Source: Laetmonice hystrix (Eukaryota). Taken from it: a DNA stretch of 64,000 nucleotides. The stretch covers positions 17,174,001-17,238,000 of the forward strand of contig OZ249451.1 of NCBI GenBank assembly GCA_965235115.1, in the 5' to 3' direction. The position numbers were made by a program, and so were the translations under genes. Below, piece after piece: positions 13,401-24,229 of the stretch. Positions within the stretch are counted from its first letter, which is position 1. Every line of letters starts with the position of its first letter. The notes beneath the pieces were generated by a model. The model saw nothing but the letters and a program-made list of their open reading frames with translations, searched no databases and was not told the origin of the DNA.

Positions 13401-16400
13401 TACTGTCAGCATCCTCGGGCAAACTGCACGAGCGCAGCTGTTCACCTTGACGCCCAACAAAACAACAAAGCAGTATGATAATAATTGATTATAGAACACA
13501 TGGCAGTCAACACAAGACTGGTGAAAGCCCATTGATCTTAGTGCCAGAATAAGATCCCATCACGATTATCTCTCATTTCAATGACTCATAAATGACGACA
13601 TGGGATGTTAGGTTAGATAAGGCCTTAGACTATACATAAATCAATAAATGTATGCCCACTGTCGCACAGAAGTGAAGAAATATTGTGACATTGAACATTC
13701 CAGCCGCTATCGCCCGATGAATTGCACTGGCTGTTCATAAAGATGTCAAATGTCTCCGAGCCCTGAGTGAATCAAATCAGACGTGTAATAGTCTAAACGT
13801 AACTCGCTGCCAAGGTCAAGGGTCATGTGACTTCACATCGAGGTCTTGTTCTTGTCTTCTGTTAATTATTATCTTATATATTGGATGGAATATATGGTTG
13901 TTGGCGGGACGACCAAATAAAGCTTTGTCTCATTTGAGAACCTCATTTGGCGATTTTAGACCTCATATTCGTTGTCTCGGCCCTTCATGACCTCCAAATG
14001 AGATGCAGGTCAGATCAAGGTCATACTAGGTCAGCCAAGAGTCAAATTTGGCCAAACCCTACAGGTCCGATTAAATTGAAATTGACGAGTGACTGCAGCC
14101 TTCAGGGCCGGCCCTGGGCCTGGCGCGCCCACTGAGGCTCCGGACAAGTCCACGCGGCGCTCTGGCCGACGTGGCCGACGCTATGATGCCGGTAATTCCT
14201 AGCGACTCCTCATCACTATCGATGGTTTTCCGTCTAGGTTCTAACAAATATGGTTGGAAGCTGCCAACGTTTCCCAGGAGGTCATATTCGCTACCTTCCG
14301 AGTCGCTCAACGACGTCATCTTCGTAACTGTGTAAGTTTTAGTTCCTCCCAAACTGGAGAGCAGTCGTGCTGTGATTGGTCAGACACTGTGACGTCAACA
14401 AACCCGGGTAAAACGCGATTGCATTTTTCAGCGTCCAAGCGAAGGATGGCACGTTTGCTCGCCCAGTTTCGCTATTGTTAGAAGTAAACCGAAACATAAT
14501 GAGGTAGATTGTTGTAATATGATATAGTTCTGCGCAGACAAGACAGGTTATGTCTGGAAAATTTGATGCAATTTGAGCCCTTTAAATCAAGCCGTTTCAC
14601 CGTTTCTCTTAGAATGCCGCTTTCAGATCTAGTAAAATATCTTTTCTGTCATCCAGGTTCAGGGAGTAGCCCCCATACACAATAGGCTTTCCCACGAAAT
14701 AAAGGAAATAAGCCTAAGTAATTGTGGCCTGAGCACTTTATTGGTACACGCTGAAATGTTAAGATATAATATTAAAACTTATCTAATGTTACTTGGATCA
14801 AAATTGAAATAACGTTCCAGTTTAAAGAATAAACAGCTTTTTCACAAAACGATGTAAAGAAATGGTGCAATGCTGACGATGCGGAGAGCTGTATATTATT
14901 TCATCTTGCCGCCCTGCATTCCTGCGATGCTAGATTACCTCGACGACGGATCGTCAGCCCTTCTCCTTCCCACCAAGGAGCTACAGACTGTAGCAGATCC
15001 CACCACTAGAGCTATTTGCCGCCAGAACAACTTACTGTAGAAATAAACGCCCGTCTTTTCCATGAGGACCCATGTAGTGGGGCGGATATGTGAAAGTATT
15101 GTGGGTTTGATGAAACAAGCATGAAATTTGGTACACAGGTAGATTATGCCTCAGTGGTGATTTTTAGAAATAGGGCCATCTCAGATTCTACCTGTGTCCA
15201 CGTTACCATGGCAACCAATAAACCGTCTGATTTTGCTTAGCAACCGGCACTGTATGGCTCCAATGGGAGAATGAAACACCCCTAGTGCCCATACTCCCAC
15301 CGAATCGATATCAGGGATCAGCATGGTAACATCAGCATTTTCATATTATCAGTCTGTTGCTTAGCAACAAACCTAAAATCCACATTTCCTTAGCAACCAG
15401 CTTTATATTGCTTCAACGAGCAAATACAACACCCCTACCCCCACCAAATTGATATCAGTGATCAACATGGTACCATCAGTATGTTTCTATGATCATCCTG
15501 TTGCCTAGCAACAGGAATAACATCAAATTTTCCTTAGCAACCAGCACCATATAGCTCGAATGAATGACGAAAACACCCCTACCCCCACCAAATTCATACC
15601 AGCTGTCAACATGGTACCATCAGTATTTTCATATTATCATCCTGTTGCCTAGCAACAGGGATAACATCAAATTTTCCTTAGCAACCAGAACCATACGACC
15701 CGAATGAACGACAAATACACCCCTACCCCCAGCAAATTGATACCAGGTGTCAACATGGTAACATCAGGTAGACTATACCTCAGTGTTGATTTTTAGCTAT
15801 AGGGCCATCTCAGATTCGACCTGTGACAAAAATAGCGGCAAGATGGCCGCCATCGCTTATTAGAAATTATTTCTTCTGTTTTTGTAGGTAGCAGAGGTAC
15901 ACACAATAGCTTGCAAGTCAATAGGATTGAAATTGTGTCCAAACAGTAATGAACTGTTCTCTGTGAGCCACGTCACTCAGAGCACTGTCCACCGCACTGA
16001 CAAAGAGCTGTACATTGAAGAGATGCCTTGTGACATTTGCAGCGTCCTCTGCAGCCGTTCTTGCAGCCACATCGCAAGAGTTCCCTGCAAGCTTCTGATG
16101 CTTGAACTGGTAGTGTCGTCCAGGTTATACACCATCCACCACCAGGCTTCCTGTTCCAACCCCATTCACTTGGTGACGGAAGCTCTGGAGCAGGGGTCAT
16201 CATTTGGGCCCAACAGTGACCAGCCTGGTAGGCAGCTCTCTTAGTGTGTTGGATGAGTGCAGCATGTGTAGGAGGCAGACCATCAATAGCTCTACCTTTC
16301 CTGCTGAACAGCTGTTTCCTTGCCTGGTTCACACCCTCCTCTGTGCTGGTGCGATCATACAGAAGGACCACAAATCGCTCCAGTGGTTGCATCCACTCGT

Positions 16401-19400
16401 CAATGCGTCTGGCATGGTACCCAAGGCGCAGAATGCTGGTGTGACGTCTATATAGGTGGACCAGGTGTCCCATACAGTCTTCTTGCCCCTGCCGCCAAAA
16501 CAGGACACGGTGTCACATCCAGTGAAGGTATGGAACATCGGCAAGGCCACACATTGGTCAGGACCAAGAGCTTTGGCGATCTCATGAGCAGCGATGAATC
16601 TGAAGCTCTTCCCAGCTCCAAAGGCAATCCACAGTTCAGATATGTTGAGGCGATTGGCTGATGCTATGGCCAGGACTACCACATCTGTGTCAACTGTTCG
16701 TATTGCCACTTTGCTGTATCCCTGTTGTACGGCATCCTGTAGGTGCAGGAGGATACGAGTGTCAGCCTCCTCATGAGTGCATGGCGTAGTCCCACCCACA
16801 CCCCACTAACCCCCACCCCCCGTCATGTAGTCCCACCCACACCCCACTAACCCCCACCCCCGGTCATGTAGCCCCACCCACACCCCACTAAACCCCACCC
16901 CCAGTCATGTAGCCCCACCCACACCCCACTAACCCACACCCCCAGTCATGCAGCCCCACCCACACCCCACTAACCCACACCCCCTGTCGTGTAGTCCCAC
17001 CCACACCCCACTAACCCCCACCCCCAGTCGTGTAGTCCCACCCACACCCCACTAACCCCCGCCCGCAGTCATGTAGTCCCACCCACACCCCACTAACCCC
17101 CACCCCCGGTCATGTAGCCCCACCCACACCCCACTAACCCACACCCCCGGTCATGCAGCCCCACCCACACCCCACTAAACCCCACCCCCAGTCATGTAGC
17201 CCCACCCACACCCCACTAACCCACACCCCCGGTCATGCAGCCCCACCCACACCTCACTAACCCACACCCCCGGTCATGTAGTCCCACCCACACCCCGCCC
17301 CCAGTCATGTAGTCCGTAATTTGAGCTTGTTTACTGCTGAAATGTCGCTGATACTACAGGAAGGAAGGACTTCGGACCGACTATTTGTGCCATTTGTGGC
17401 CTTGACCTTGACATTTGACCTTGGCTTTAATGTCGAATCAAAAGACGTATGCCACAGTTGGATTGCCTGCCTCTATATTGTAAGGAAACACTCCATTAAA
17501 TGTGGTTTTAGCCAACTGTCCTGGAAACCCCAGTTTTTTTGCCATTTTTGGCCTTGACCTTGATATTTGACCTTGACCTTGAATCACAAAACAAATGTCA
17601 AAAATGTTTGGGCGAAGCCCACATGGGTGACGTACGACGAGACCTGGACAAATTCCACAGAAATCTACGAATCAAATCCTTTTTTGATTTCCCCAATACA
17701 AAACCCAGGGCGACTACCTCGACCCCCAACCTCTCCACACCTACCTATTCCAGCAATTTGAATTCAGATGTGTAGAACAATATTAGGAAATCGAAAATCC
17801 TGAAACCAGACCATAAATGGACCCCCCCCTCCTTGGGACCCATTCACCTAGAAGCCTTTATTCTAGCTAACGAAATTGAACTTAACAAAACTATTGTTAG
17901 ATCACCGTTAGGCCACAACATCACCAAAGATGAGAAAAGGGCCCTGCACAGCTTATTAAACAATCACGACATAGTGATCAAACCAGCTGATAAAGGTGGT
18001 GCGATCGTCCTCCTTAACAGAGACGACTATAGTATATAGCAGAGGGAAAGAGACAACTCTCGGACCTTGGCTTCTACAAATCGTTGGATTCCGACCCTAC
18101 CGAATCCAACAACCAACAGATCAATCTCTACATTAACTCCCTGAGATTTAAGAATGAGATTACCCCCTCCCTGGAACGCAAACTTCTCACCACAGAAGCT
18201 CGCACCCCTTCCCTGTATCTCCTTCCGAAGATACATAAGAACAAAACTCCGGTCCCTTGCCGTCCCATAGTGTCAGCCAATGGCTGCCCTACAGAAAAGA
18301 TATCAGCACTTGTCGATATCTTTCTTAGACCCTACTTACCCAAGATCCCTTCGTATTTGAAGGACACTACTCATTTCCTCCACATTCTGAGGGATGTACC
18401 CCATCTCAAGCCAGGAGCCCTGCTCTGTACCTTAGATGTTGGCTCCCTTTACACCAACATACCTAACTTGGAAGGCATGCAAGCCACAGCACGCTACCTC
18501 TGCAAATACAGAACTTTGGGTCCAACACCAGAACCCAGCAACACTAGCCTGTGTTCACTCTTGAAAATGGTACTCACCATGAACAACTTCAGCTTTGATG
18601 GCAAACATTACCTTCAAATCGCAGGCACAGCCATGGGCACACGTGTTGCCCCGACCTATGCCAACATATTCATGTCAGATTTTGAATCTAAACATGTCTA
18701 TACCTACCCAGAACAGCCAACATTCTGGGGTCGATTTATCGATGACATCTTCCTCATTTGGGAACATGGCGCCGAGGCACTGGACCGTTTCATCAACCAT
18801 CTGAACAATGTCCATCAATCCATCAAATTCACTTCAGAAACTTCACTTGTTAAAGTGAACTTTTTGGACACCTGTGTTTCCATCTCCCCAGATGGCATTC
18901 TCACAACGGATCTGTACACAAAGCCGACAGATTCCAATAGCTACCTCTTGTACTCATCGGCCCATCCGACACACTGCAAAAGAGGTATCCCCTTCGGTCA
19001 ATTTCTACGACTTCGCAGAATTTGCTCCGATGATTTTGACTTTGTGAAACACTGTGTGGAAAAAGGCAAACACTTCCTACGACGAGGCTACCCATTTGAC
19101 CACTTAGTAGATAGCTTCACTAAAGCGAAAATGATCCCGAGACTGAGCTTACTTCAGAAAATAACTGACAAGTCTGACAATGAGTCACCAAACATCTTGG
19201 TTACAACTTATAACACAGGCTACTGCGGTTTAAAGTCCATTGTTACCAAAAACTAGGACATCCTTGGAAGATCTTGCTCCACCCCGGACATACATCAAAA
19301 GAAACTAATCACTGCCTTCAGAAAACCAAAAAGTTTGAGGGATATATTAGTCAAAGCGAGATTACCTACCAGGAAACCTCCCCCCACTCAAAATCTACCC

Positions 19401-22400
19401 AGCAATCCCTGCAAAACCAAAAATTGCAGATATTGCCCAAAACTTAACATAAGTACTTGTACCGCCACTAAAAGGAGCTACATGTCCAAATTTAATGTGA
19501 CATGTAAAAGCTCCAACCTCATCTATTGCATCACGTGCACCAAGTGCAAGATACAGTATGTAGGTCAAACCAAAAACCGCCAACATTGGACACAACCGGC
19601 CAATGTCAGAAATCGGTAAACATTTCAACTCCACAGACCACAAAGGTCTCGACGATGTTGAAATACACATTGTAGACTTCATCCATGCCCATCCTCATGG
19701 ACAAAAGTCTAAAAGATTAAGGGATCTAATAGAATTCAATTGGAGCCAGAGGATGCATTGCAATGCACCAACAGGTTTGAACCTGATGGACCCCTATTAG
19801 TCCATCTGTCCCTCACCTTGGGCCAGAGTCGATACAATAGCCTCGTCAAAAAAAAATTTCTATTTCTGTTTTGACTCACCCGACCCAGAGAATGGTGTAG
19901 ACTTTTCTTCACCACTCCGTTCCTGTCAACCACCCCCTACACCAGTAGCCCATCTCCACCCCCGACACCCACCACCCTTGGTAGTGCTGTCGTAGAGAAA
20001 TGATGCCCACCTTGATCATCTTTTCTCCCGCCAACTTCTCCCTACACATTGGGGAACCGCTGGATTTTCATCCATTGTGATGTCATTTATTATGATGCCT
20101 GAAGAGACACTAGTCGAAACCGTGTACTTCACCAAGCAACAAGCTTGCGGTTACGTCATACCGGGTCGTCAACCCTAACTACCCACATGACTACTTGGAC
20201 ATCCACAAGAAACTCTTGTTAACCTGATGTCACCCACCTTAACTGTTTTCAGTATCCTTGGAGATGTTGACAGGTACCTATTTAAGGCCGTTCAAACTGC
20301 CAACGGCCACATTTCCGCGGTAGCATCACAACAACTCATTCTAGCCTCGTATTATACAAAATTAATGTCAAAAATGGATTCCCCGTGTTGATATTGTATG
20401 GAAAAGTGCTATTACATATGATTCTAGGCCAAATGGTTTTCAAGTTACCTGAGCTTATGACGATTTGTTATTAATTATGCTAATTTATGCAAATTAGCTT
20501 ATAAAAAAAATTCCTCAACAGCCAACTTCGGCCAACAAAGCTGAAAATCTTCACAGAGCCTATGTGGACACAAATCAATCATAATCTCTTGCGGGTCTAA
20601 AAATTTCCGGGTTAACTGGGTTGGCTACCCGACTATTAGTTCTGTTCCCTGCTTGGGCCTAGCCTACTCAATAAGTTAGCTAAGAGTGTCATGGTTACCA
20701 TGAAAACCAATTTATTCCTTCTTATGTCTATACATGTGCTTAATATATATAAGACCTACGCTGGTAACGGTCAAAAAGGGAGGGTTATTCAAATATTCTG
20801 GTTACTATGGGAACTAAAATATCACCAATTCCCTCCAAATGGTCAAAATCAGACGCTTTATTGGTTACCATGGTAACCATATAGTGCGAACAGCTGTAAT
20901 TAATTAGCTTCCGACATGTCCAATGGGAGATCTTTCATTTAAGGTATCATACGCTCAGATTAAAGCATATTTCAGTTCTGTATGATTAAGTAAACGATTC
21001 CCTGGAAATTTCGTCACTGAATCAGTTGGCTAAGATTTTCCATGGTTACCATGGAAACCAAATTAAATAATCTTCATTTCTGATGTGCTTTATATACAAC
21101 ACATATGTACCGGTCACACTGCGTGTAAAAAGGGGAGATTTATCTAATATTCTGGTTACTATGGAAACTGAAAGGTAAGCAATTCACCCAAAATGGTCAA
21201 AATCAAACGGTTTATTGGTTACCATGGTAACCATATAGTGAGGAGAAATCTAATTTGTTTTGTTTCTGAATGTCCTCTCTGCGATCTTTCATTTGAGATA
21301 TGACATGGGGGAAGGAGTCTTTATATGGATTGCAGGAGCCCCAGGAAACCTGTTACCGAACATACTAGTCCGTTGCTAGGCAACACTTCCATTTTGGGGT
21401 CTATAGAAAAATCTAAGGAATTGTCGAAATGGCCCTATAGCCAAATATCTTCCCAAACACCTTTTTTAACTGTCTGCCAAGTTTCATGCTTGTTTCACCA
21501 AACCCACAATTCCCTCAAAATATTGCACCTATCCGCCGTACTAATGGGGCGTTGACCGATCGATTCTCCTGGACTGGATGTAATAGTGCCGCTAGTCACA
21601 CCGCTTCAATATGTAAGGCGCCGTCCGTCCCCCAACTGTGGACGGTCATGCCTTATAGTACAGGGAAACACACCGACTTTACAGCTTGCCACCTGTTGTG
21701 AGGCTGCTATTGCGTGCGTGTGTGACATAAAGACGGATGGCTGATCGAGGCACCAGGTGTAATTAGGATCATACTTAGACGAGTACATCTATGCATAGGA
21801 TATCCTTACATGAACTTTAGGATCAAATCTAACCGTTCCTGGACATAATTGGGATCAGGAGGTATCTAGAACGTAGCTTAGATCGATACTAAAACTGAGA
21901 TTCAGCAAGCAGATACACGTTCACGACGATTGCGGCAGGGAGCAGCTGTGCTTTGACTACAGCACCGAGCGACTGAATAATCCTGGCTGATAATGAGCGG
22001 CGATATCCAGCGGCTGTATAGCGCCTGTGTAGATTTCTGGCATAATTTTGTGAATGTACAGATGTGACAAATAACCAGGGCTAAGTCACACGTGTTTTGT
22101 AGTCGTATACATTAAAACCGTCGTACATCTTTAAATGGATGAAGCTGCGGCATAGTATACTGACAGTCAATGAAAACGCATCAATACATTTAACTGAAAA
22201 TTTATACTTTTAAAAAGTACCAACTGTCTTCTTTCCCACAATGATTTGTTGTAGGGGACAGGAATAACCAGATACCAGACAACTCACTTTCTTCATGCAT
22301 CAGTGATTACAGAGTCACCTGGTGTTGGTCAGGCCACATTACTGCTCTGCCATTGGGTAAAACCAATACACCAGAGCGTGAAAAGGGACTAAAGGGGGCA

Positions 22401-24229
22401 CCTAGTGGCCAAACAGAAAACAGTGTTTTAAAGTGTCCCACATGGAAACTGCCACGTTTATCGCGTGATCAATGTAACGTGAAGAATATACCCAGGACAC
22501 TTTGGTGTGTTTTCATTGACTCAGCATTTTACGGAAAGGAAATTCACAGATTGTCTGGGTAGTATTAAAGGATTTTAAAGTCAGCAGTCGTTCTGCATTT
22601 TCCTTACTATAGGGGTAGAAGATAATTTTGATTAAACAACGTTCTTCGGTTATTCATTCACCGTTACAGCCTGGGGTCAAGAGGTCAGCTGGCACTATAC
22701 CAGTGGTGAGGGTCCCCCGTGCAGGTTGTAGCCATGCTTGTACATACGCATGTATTGTTCTCCGTAGTATAGCTTAGGGGACACTCAATACGATGGCATA
22801 GTGTTCCGTGTTTCGGTTCCGTGTCCCCAGGACACTGTCCCCCAGGGCTCAGGTTCCGGAGAACCCTCAGTCCTATGTACACCGGACGTTGCGAGAAATG
22901 TTAGGTCTGGGTTTAACCACTAGCCCGCATACCGGGAACAGTTTGTCCACGTCCTCGGGAACATTCCATTCCTTGGGGGAAACACGCACAAAGCCATGCA
23001 GCCGTTTACAGGCGGCAGCAATTATTTAAAGCGCTTGTGCCTGTCGATGTGAACAAAGGCTGACCGCATGGTGCTGACAGCAACCATGGTTAACCTCACG
23101 TGAACGCTGATGGCTAAGGAGACTCAGCCGCATTGATCAACGACTAGTCGGCTCTATGGCCGTTCTGGAACAGACACGTGACGGGGATATCAGTTCCTCT
23201 TACACTCAACAAGGCAGCAGACGCTGAGGGCCTACCCAATAATGAATGCATCATTGATGGTGTGCAGTGTTTAGTGCCTTCACAAAAATGCGGAAATATC
23301 TTTAATTAAGGGTTGGCTATAATCAATAGCGTATCCAGCTAGGGCATTATTGAACAAAATAATCTTTTTCTCCACGACGGCTAAGGGGGTGGGCATGATT
23401 CGAGCGATTTGCATCCTGTTATGGTCACACATTAGACAAACCGTGCCTAAAAAGAATGTTTATGTCTATAGGCCACTCACCACCGTGAAGCTAAATACCA
23501 GGAAATACATTAATTAGCTTGCCCGCTTTTACCTCTACAGTACTGCTTAACTATCCTGAGGCAAAGGAACTGCTATTGGAACTACGTTGCCTCAGGAAGG
23601 TAACTCTTGGACTTTTTAATTGGCGTCTCGTATCTTCAGCAAAAAAGAAGTTGATAACATTTGAATATGATAACATGTGTAAGGAGAGATCAAGAAAACA
23701 GCACAATGAAAATCAGAAGAGCGATCACTTGTTGTGATCACATGTGCAGTCCACTGTCAATGGATCGTTAAGTGTCGATGTCTGGTTATGTGAGGCTTTG
23801 TGGAACACTGCAGGACACTCAGATTTTTACGGTCGACATAGTTGCCGTTTATGTCAGGGCGGCAACAATAGAGTTCAGGTTGACTGTGTCACACGAGTAT
23901 GTAATTTTCTCTTACCTGGAAAGCCACCCAATCTCTGGTTTCCATGGCAACTGGATCAGGGTGCTGGGATCTGGCAAGATCTGCATTTCGGGATCTGCGC
24001 CCGTGCAGTCAAAGAACATGGCGCCAGGGACGCCGCATCCCCGGCGTTGGACGTCGCCAATGGCGGACCGTGGGACGAGAGACGTCCGACTGTCCGTGTT
24101 TAGAGGGGAGTAGGAGACAAGGAAATACTCTATGTCGAGCTCGGCGGCCGTCTCCTGCAGGTCCAATTGGTCGGAACCTAACGGAAGAGGTGGCAGACCA
24201 CAGTCCGCGTCCGACATGTCCGCCGCCAT
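1205..24229 (-). CDS. gmaS-like: Spliced GlnT/GmaS-like glutamine-synthetase-family gamma-glutamyl:amine ligase, 8 exons, 451 aa
   Basis: Exons 24229-23916, 5650-5541, 5109-4949, 3711-3543, 2925-2745, 2370-2284, 1846-1752, 1443-1205. All introns are GT-AG with compatible phases; total 1356 nt = 451 aa + stop. Motifs PDPSTLIQLPWKPEIGWL, GVEPEF, LGWGPYELDHE..QYE, ATFMP, NGLH, PTVNSYKR, GNNRT..IR, RVEHR.ADGSSNPY, KEW..Y..HLTDWER give the GS catalytic fold with GlnT/GmaS-type signatures. Confidence 0.88.
1752..1846 (-). CDS. GmaS-like gene exon 7
   Basis: VEHRLADGSSNPYLTQAAILAAGLDGIENKT, donor |GTAAC. Confidence 0.88.
1972..2290. repeat. About 79-bp tandem repeat, about 4 copies, overlapping the exon 6 donor site
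   Basis: ATTACCTGTTC recurs at 2041, 2121, 2200 and 2279. Confidence 0.85.
2284..2370 (-). CDS. GmaS-like gene exon 6
   Basis: Acceptor TTTTCAG|, LNSGSWCPNTVTWGGNNRTVLIRVSDTN, donor |GTAATC. Confidence 0.85.
2535..2690. repeat. About 78-bp tandem duplication
   Basis: CAGGAACATTCTAGGT.ATACAAT.ACCAGGGGC.AGTTGCATGACT occurs twice. Confidence 0.7.
2745..2925 (-). CDS. GmaS-like gene exon 5
   Basis: ANGLHINVSLWD...FIGGLLRHA...PTVNSYKR, donor |GTAAGT. Confidence 0.88.
3060..3220. repeat. About 40-bp minisatellite, 4 copies
   Basis: Unit CTTGCATGT.CTGCACGCATTCTCAGCCAATCAGTGATAC. Confidence 0.85.
3543..3711 (-). CDS. GmaS-like gene exon 4
   Basis: Acceptor CACACAG|, LDHEAACCQYEVNFDYTDCLRTADRFAFLKFMIK...ATFMPVP, donor |GTGAG. 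Confidence 0.88.
3780..4790. repeat. About 52-bp minisatellite, about 19 copies
   Basis: Unit ACTGTGTTACAGAAAGATCATGCGTTAGTAGGCTAGTTATGGGGGTTAATTT. Confidence 0.92.
4949..5109 (-). CDS. GmaS-like gene exon 3
   Basis: Acceptor TTTTTCAG|, EFTLL...AMESLGWGPYE, donor |GTCTGG. Confidence 0.85.
5541..5650 (-). CDS. GmaS-like gene exon 2
   Basis: Acceptor TTTGACAG|, NIYMAGEPFKQCPRRAL...MKSGVE, donor |GTAAGT. Confidence 0.85.
5805..5935. repeat. About 19-bp minisatellite
   Basis: GCAGGCGGGGATCATGACC, about 6-7 copies. Confidence 0.85.
7957..9640. repeat. 51-bp minisatellite, about 33 copies
   Basis: Unit TATAGACATAGGAAGGACTGACGCCAACATCCATCCATAGACAGGTTCTGT; explains the 570-aa and 520-aa 17-mer-repeat ORFs. 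Confidence 0.95.
9790..9984. repeat. 27-bp satellite (left part, interrupted by the Academ insertion)
   Basis: CTGTCGGGTGAAGCGTTCGGGACGTGA units, with 9-bp CTGTCGGGT duplications. Confidence 0.85.
9985..12288 (-). mobile_element. Academ-type DNA transposon, internally deleted non-autonomous copy (2304 bp)
   Basis: 3-bp TSD ACT (9982-9984 / 12289-12291). Ends 5'-TAGTCCAGCTGTTAAGCC and (other strand) CAGTGGAGCAGATAAGCC form a degenerate TIR. Disrupted ORF about 11463-10083: the N-terminal part (HAAWHKTC, ALESKYHRKCL, HTTRLKNRLL) is joined directly to the XPG-region C-terminal part (IERFVILMDDRTS, IPPTHAALKEHTKRA). Confidence 0.78.
12289..13020. repeat. 27-bp satellite (right part)
   Basis: Same unit as 9790-9984, more than 20 copies. 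Confidence 0.92.
14100..14585 (-). mobile_element. Possible Kolobok-like transposon remnant
   Basis: Short ORF with QPYLLEP (resembles the PYxFEP N-terminal motif of KolX-like accessory proteins) and a terminus-like CCCTTTAA at about 14578-14585. The other end was not found. Confidence 0.3.
15137..15825. repeat. Non-autonomous repeat: about 60-bp direct repeats enclosing about 144-bp tandem units
   Basis: AGGTAGA.TAT.CCTCAGTG.TGATTTTTAG..ATAGGGCCATCTCAGATTC at 15137 and 15766; CCCCTACCCCCA at 15432, 15576 and 15720. Confidence 0.7.
15973..16790 (-). mobile_element. AcademX-type transposase C-terminal fragment (XPG/FEN1-like nuclease + Cys8 zinc finger), frameshifted and 5'-truncated
   Basis: HEEADTRILLH, TVDTDVVVL, H3TH-like FHTFTGCDTVSCFGGRGKKT, LPPTHAALIQHTKRAAYQ, CGCKNGCRGRCKCHKASLQCTALCQCGGQC, split over two frames. 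Confidence 0.8.
16786..17315. repeat. 41-bp C-rich minisatellite, about 13 copies
   Basis: Unit CATGTAGTCCCACCCACACCCCACTAACCCCCACCCCCGGT. Confidence 0.92.
17600..20200 (+). mobile_element. Penelope-like retroelement (RT + GIY-YIG endonuclease), Neptune-like, degenerate
   Basis: DLDKFHRNLRIK, IKPADKGGAIV, CRPIVS, LDVGSLYTNIP, GTAMGTRVAPTYANIFM, RFIDDIF, DLYTKPTD, HPTHCKRGIPFGQFLRLRRICS; Cys linker CKTKNCRYC; NLIYCITCTKCKIQYVGQT. In-frame stops at 18037-18039 and 19254-19256, plus a frameshift/deletion in the endonuclease. Confidence 0.92.
20091..20160 (+). ncRNA. Type I minimal hammerhead ribozyme in the PLE 3' region
   Basis: Stem I TATGATG/CGTCATA; core CTGAAGA (20099-20105); stem II GAC-ACTA-GTC; GAAA (20116-20119); stem III CCG/CGG followed by TTA. 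Confidence 0.72.
20685..21245. repeat. Diverged about 350-bp tandem duplication with GGTTACCATGGTAACC palindromes
   Basis: CATGGTTACCATG.AAACCAA at about 20689 and 21041; AAATGGTCAAAATCA.AC..TTTATTGGTTACCATGGTAACCATATAGTG occurs twice. Confidence 0.6.
23916..24229 (-). CDS. GmaS-like gene exon 1 (GS N-terminal beta-grasp region)
   Basis: MAADMSD...IEYFLVSY...LVPRSAI...PDPSTLIQLPWKPEIGWLS, then donor AG|GTAAG (phase 2). Confidence 0.85.

Noticed and set aside
21325-23737. Scattered 60-76-aa ORFs
   Set aside because: No domain similarity I can recognise and no consistent splice-phase chain.
1205-24229. Bacterial contamination, or ordinary animal glutamine synthetase (GLUL), as explanation of the GS-like gene
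   Set aside because: Seven spliceosomal introns and an animal TE context exclude contamination, and the motifs are GSI/GlnT-type rather than GSII-type. A lengsin-like vertical origin is not fully excluded without a tree.
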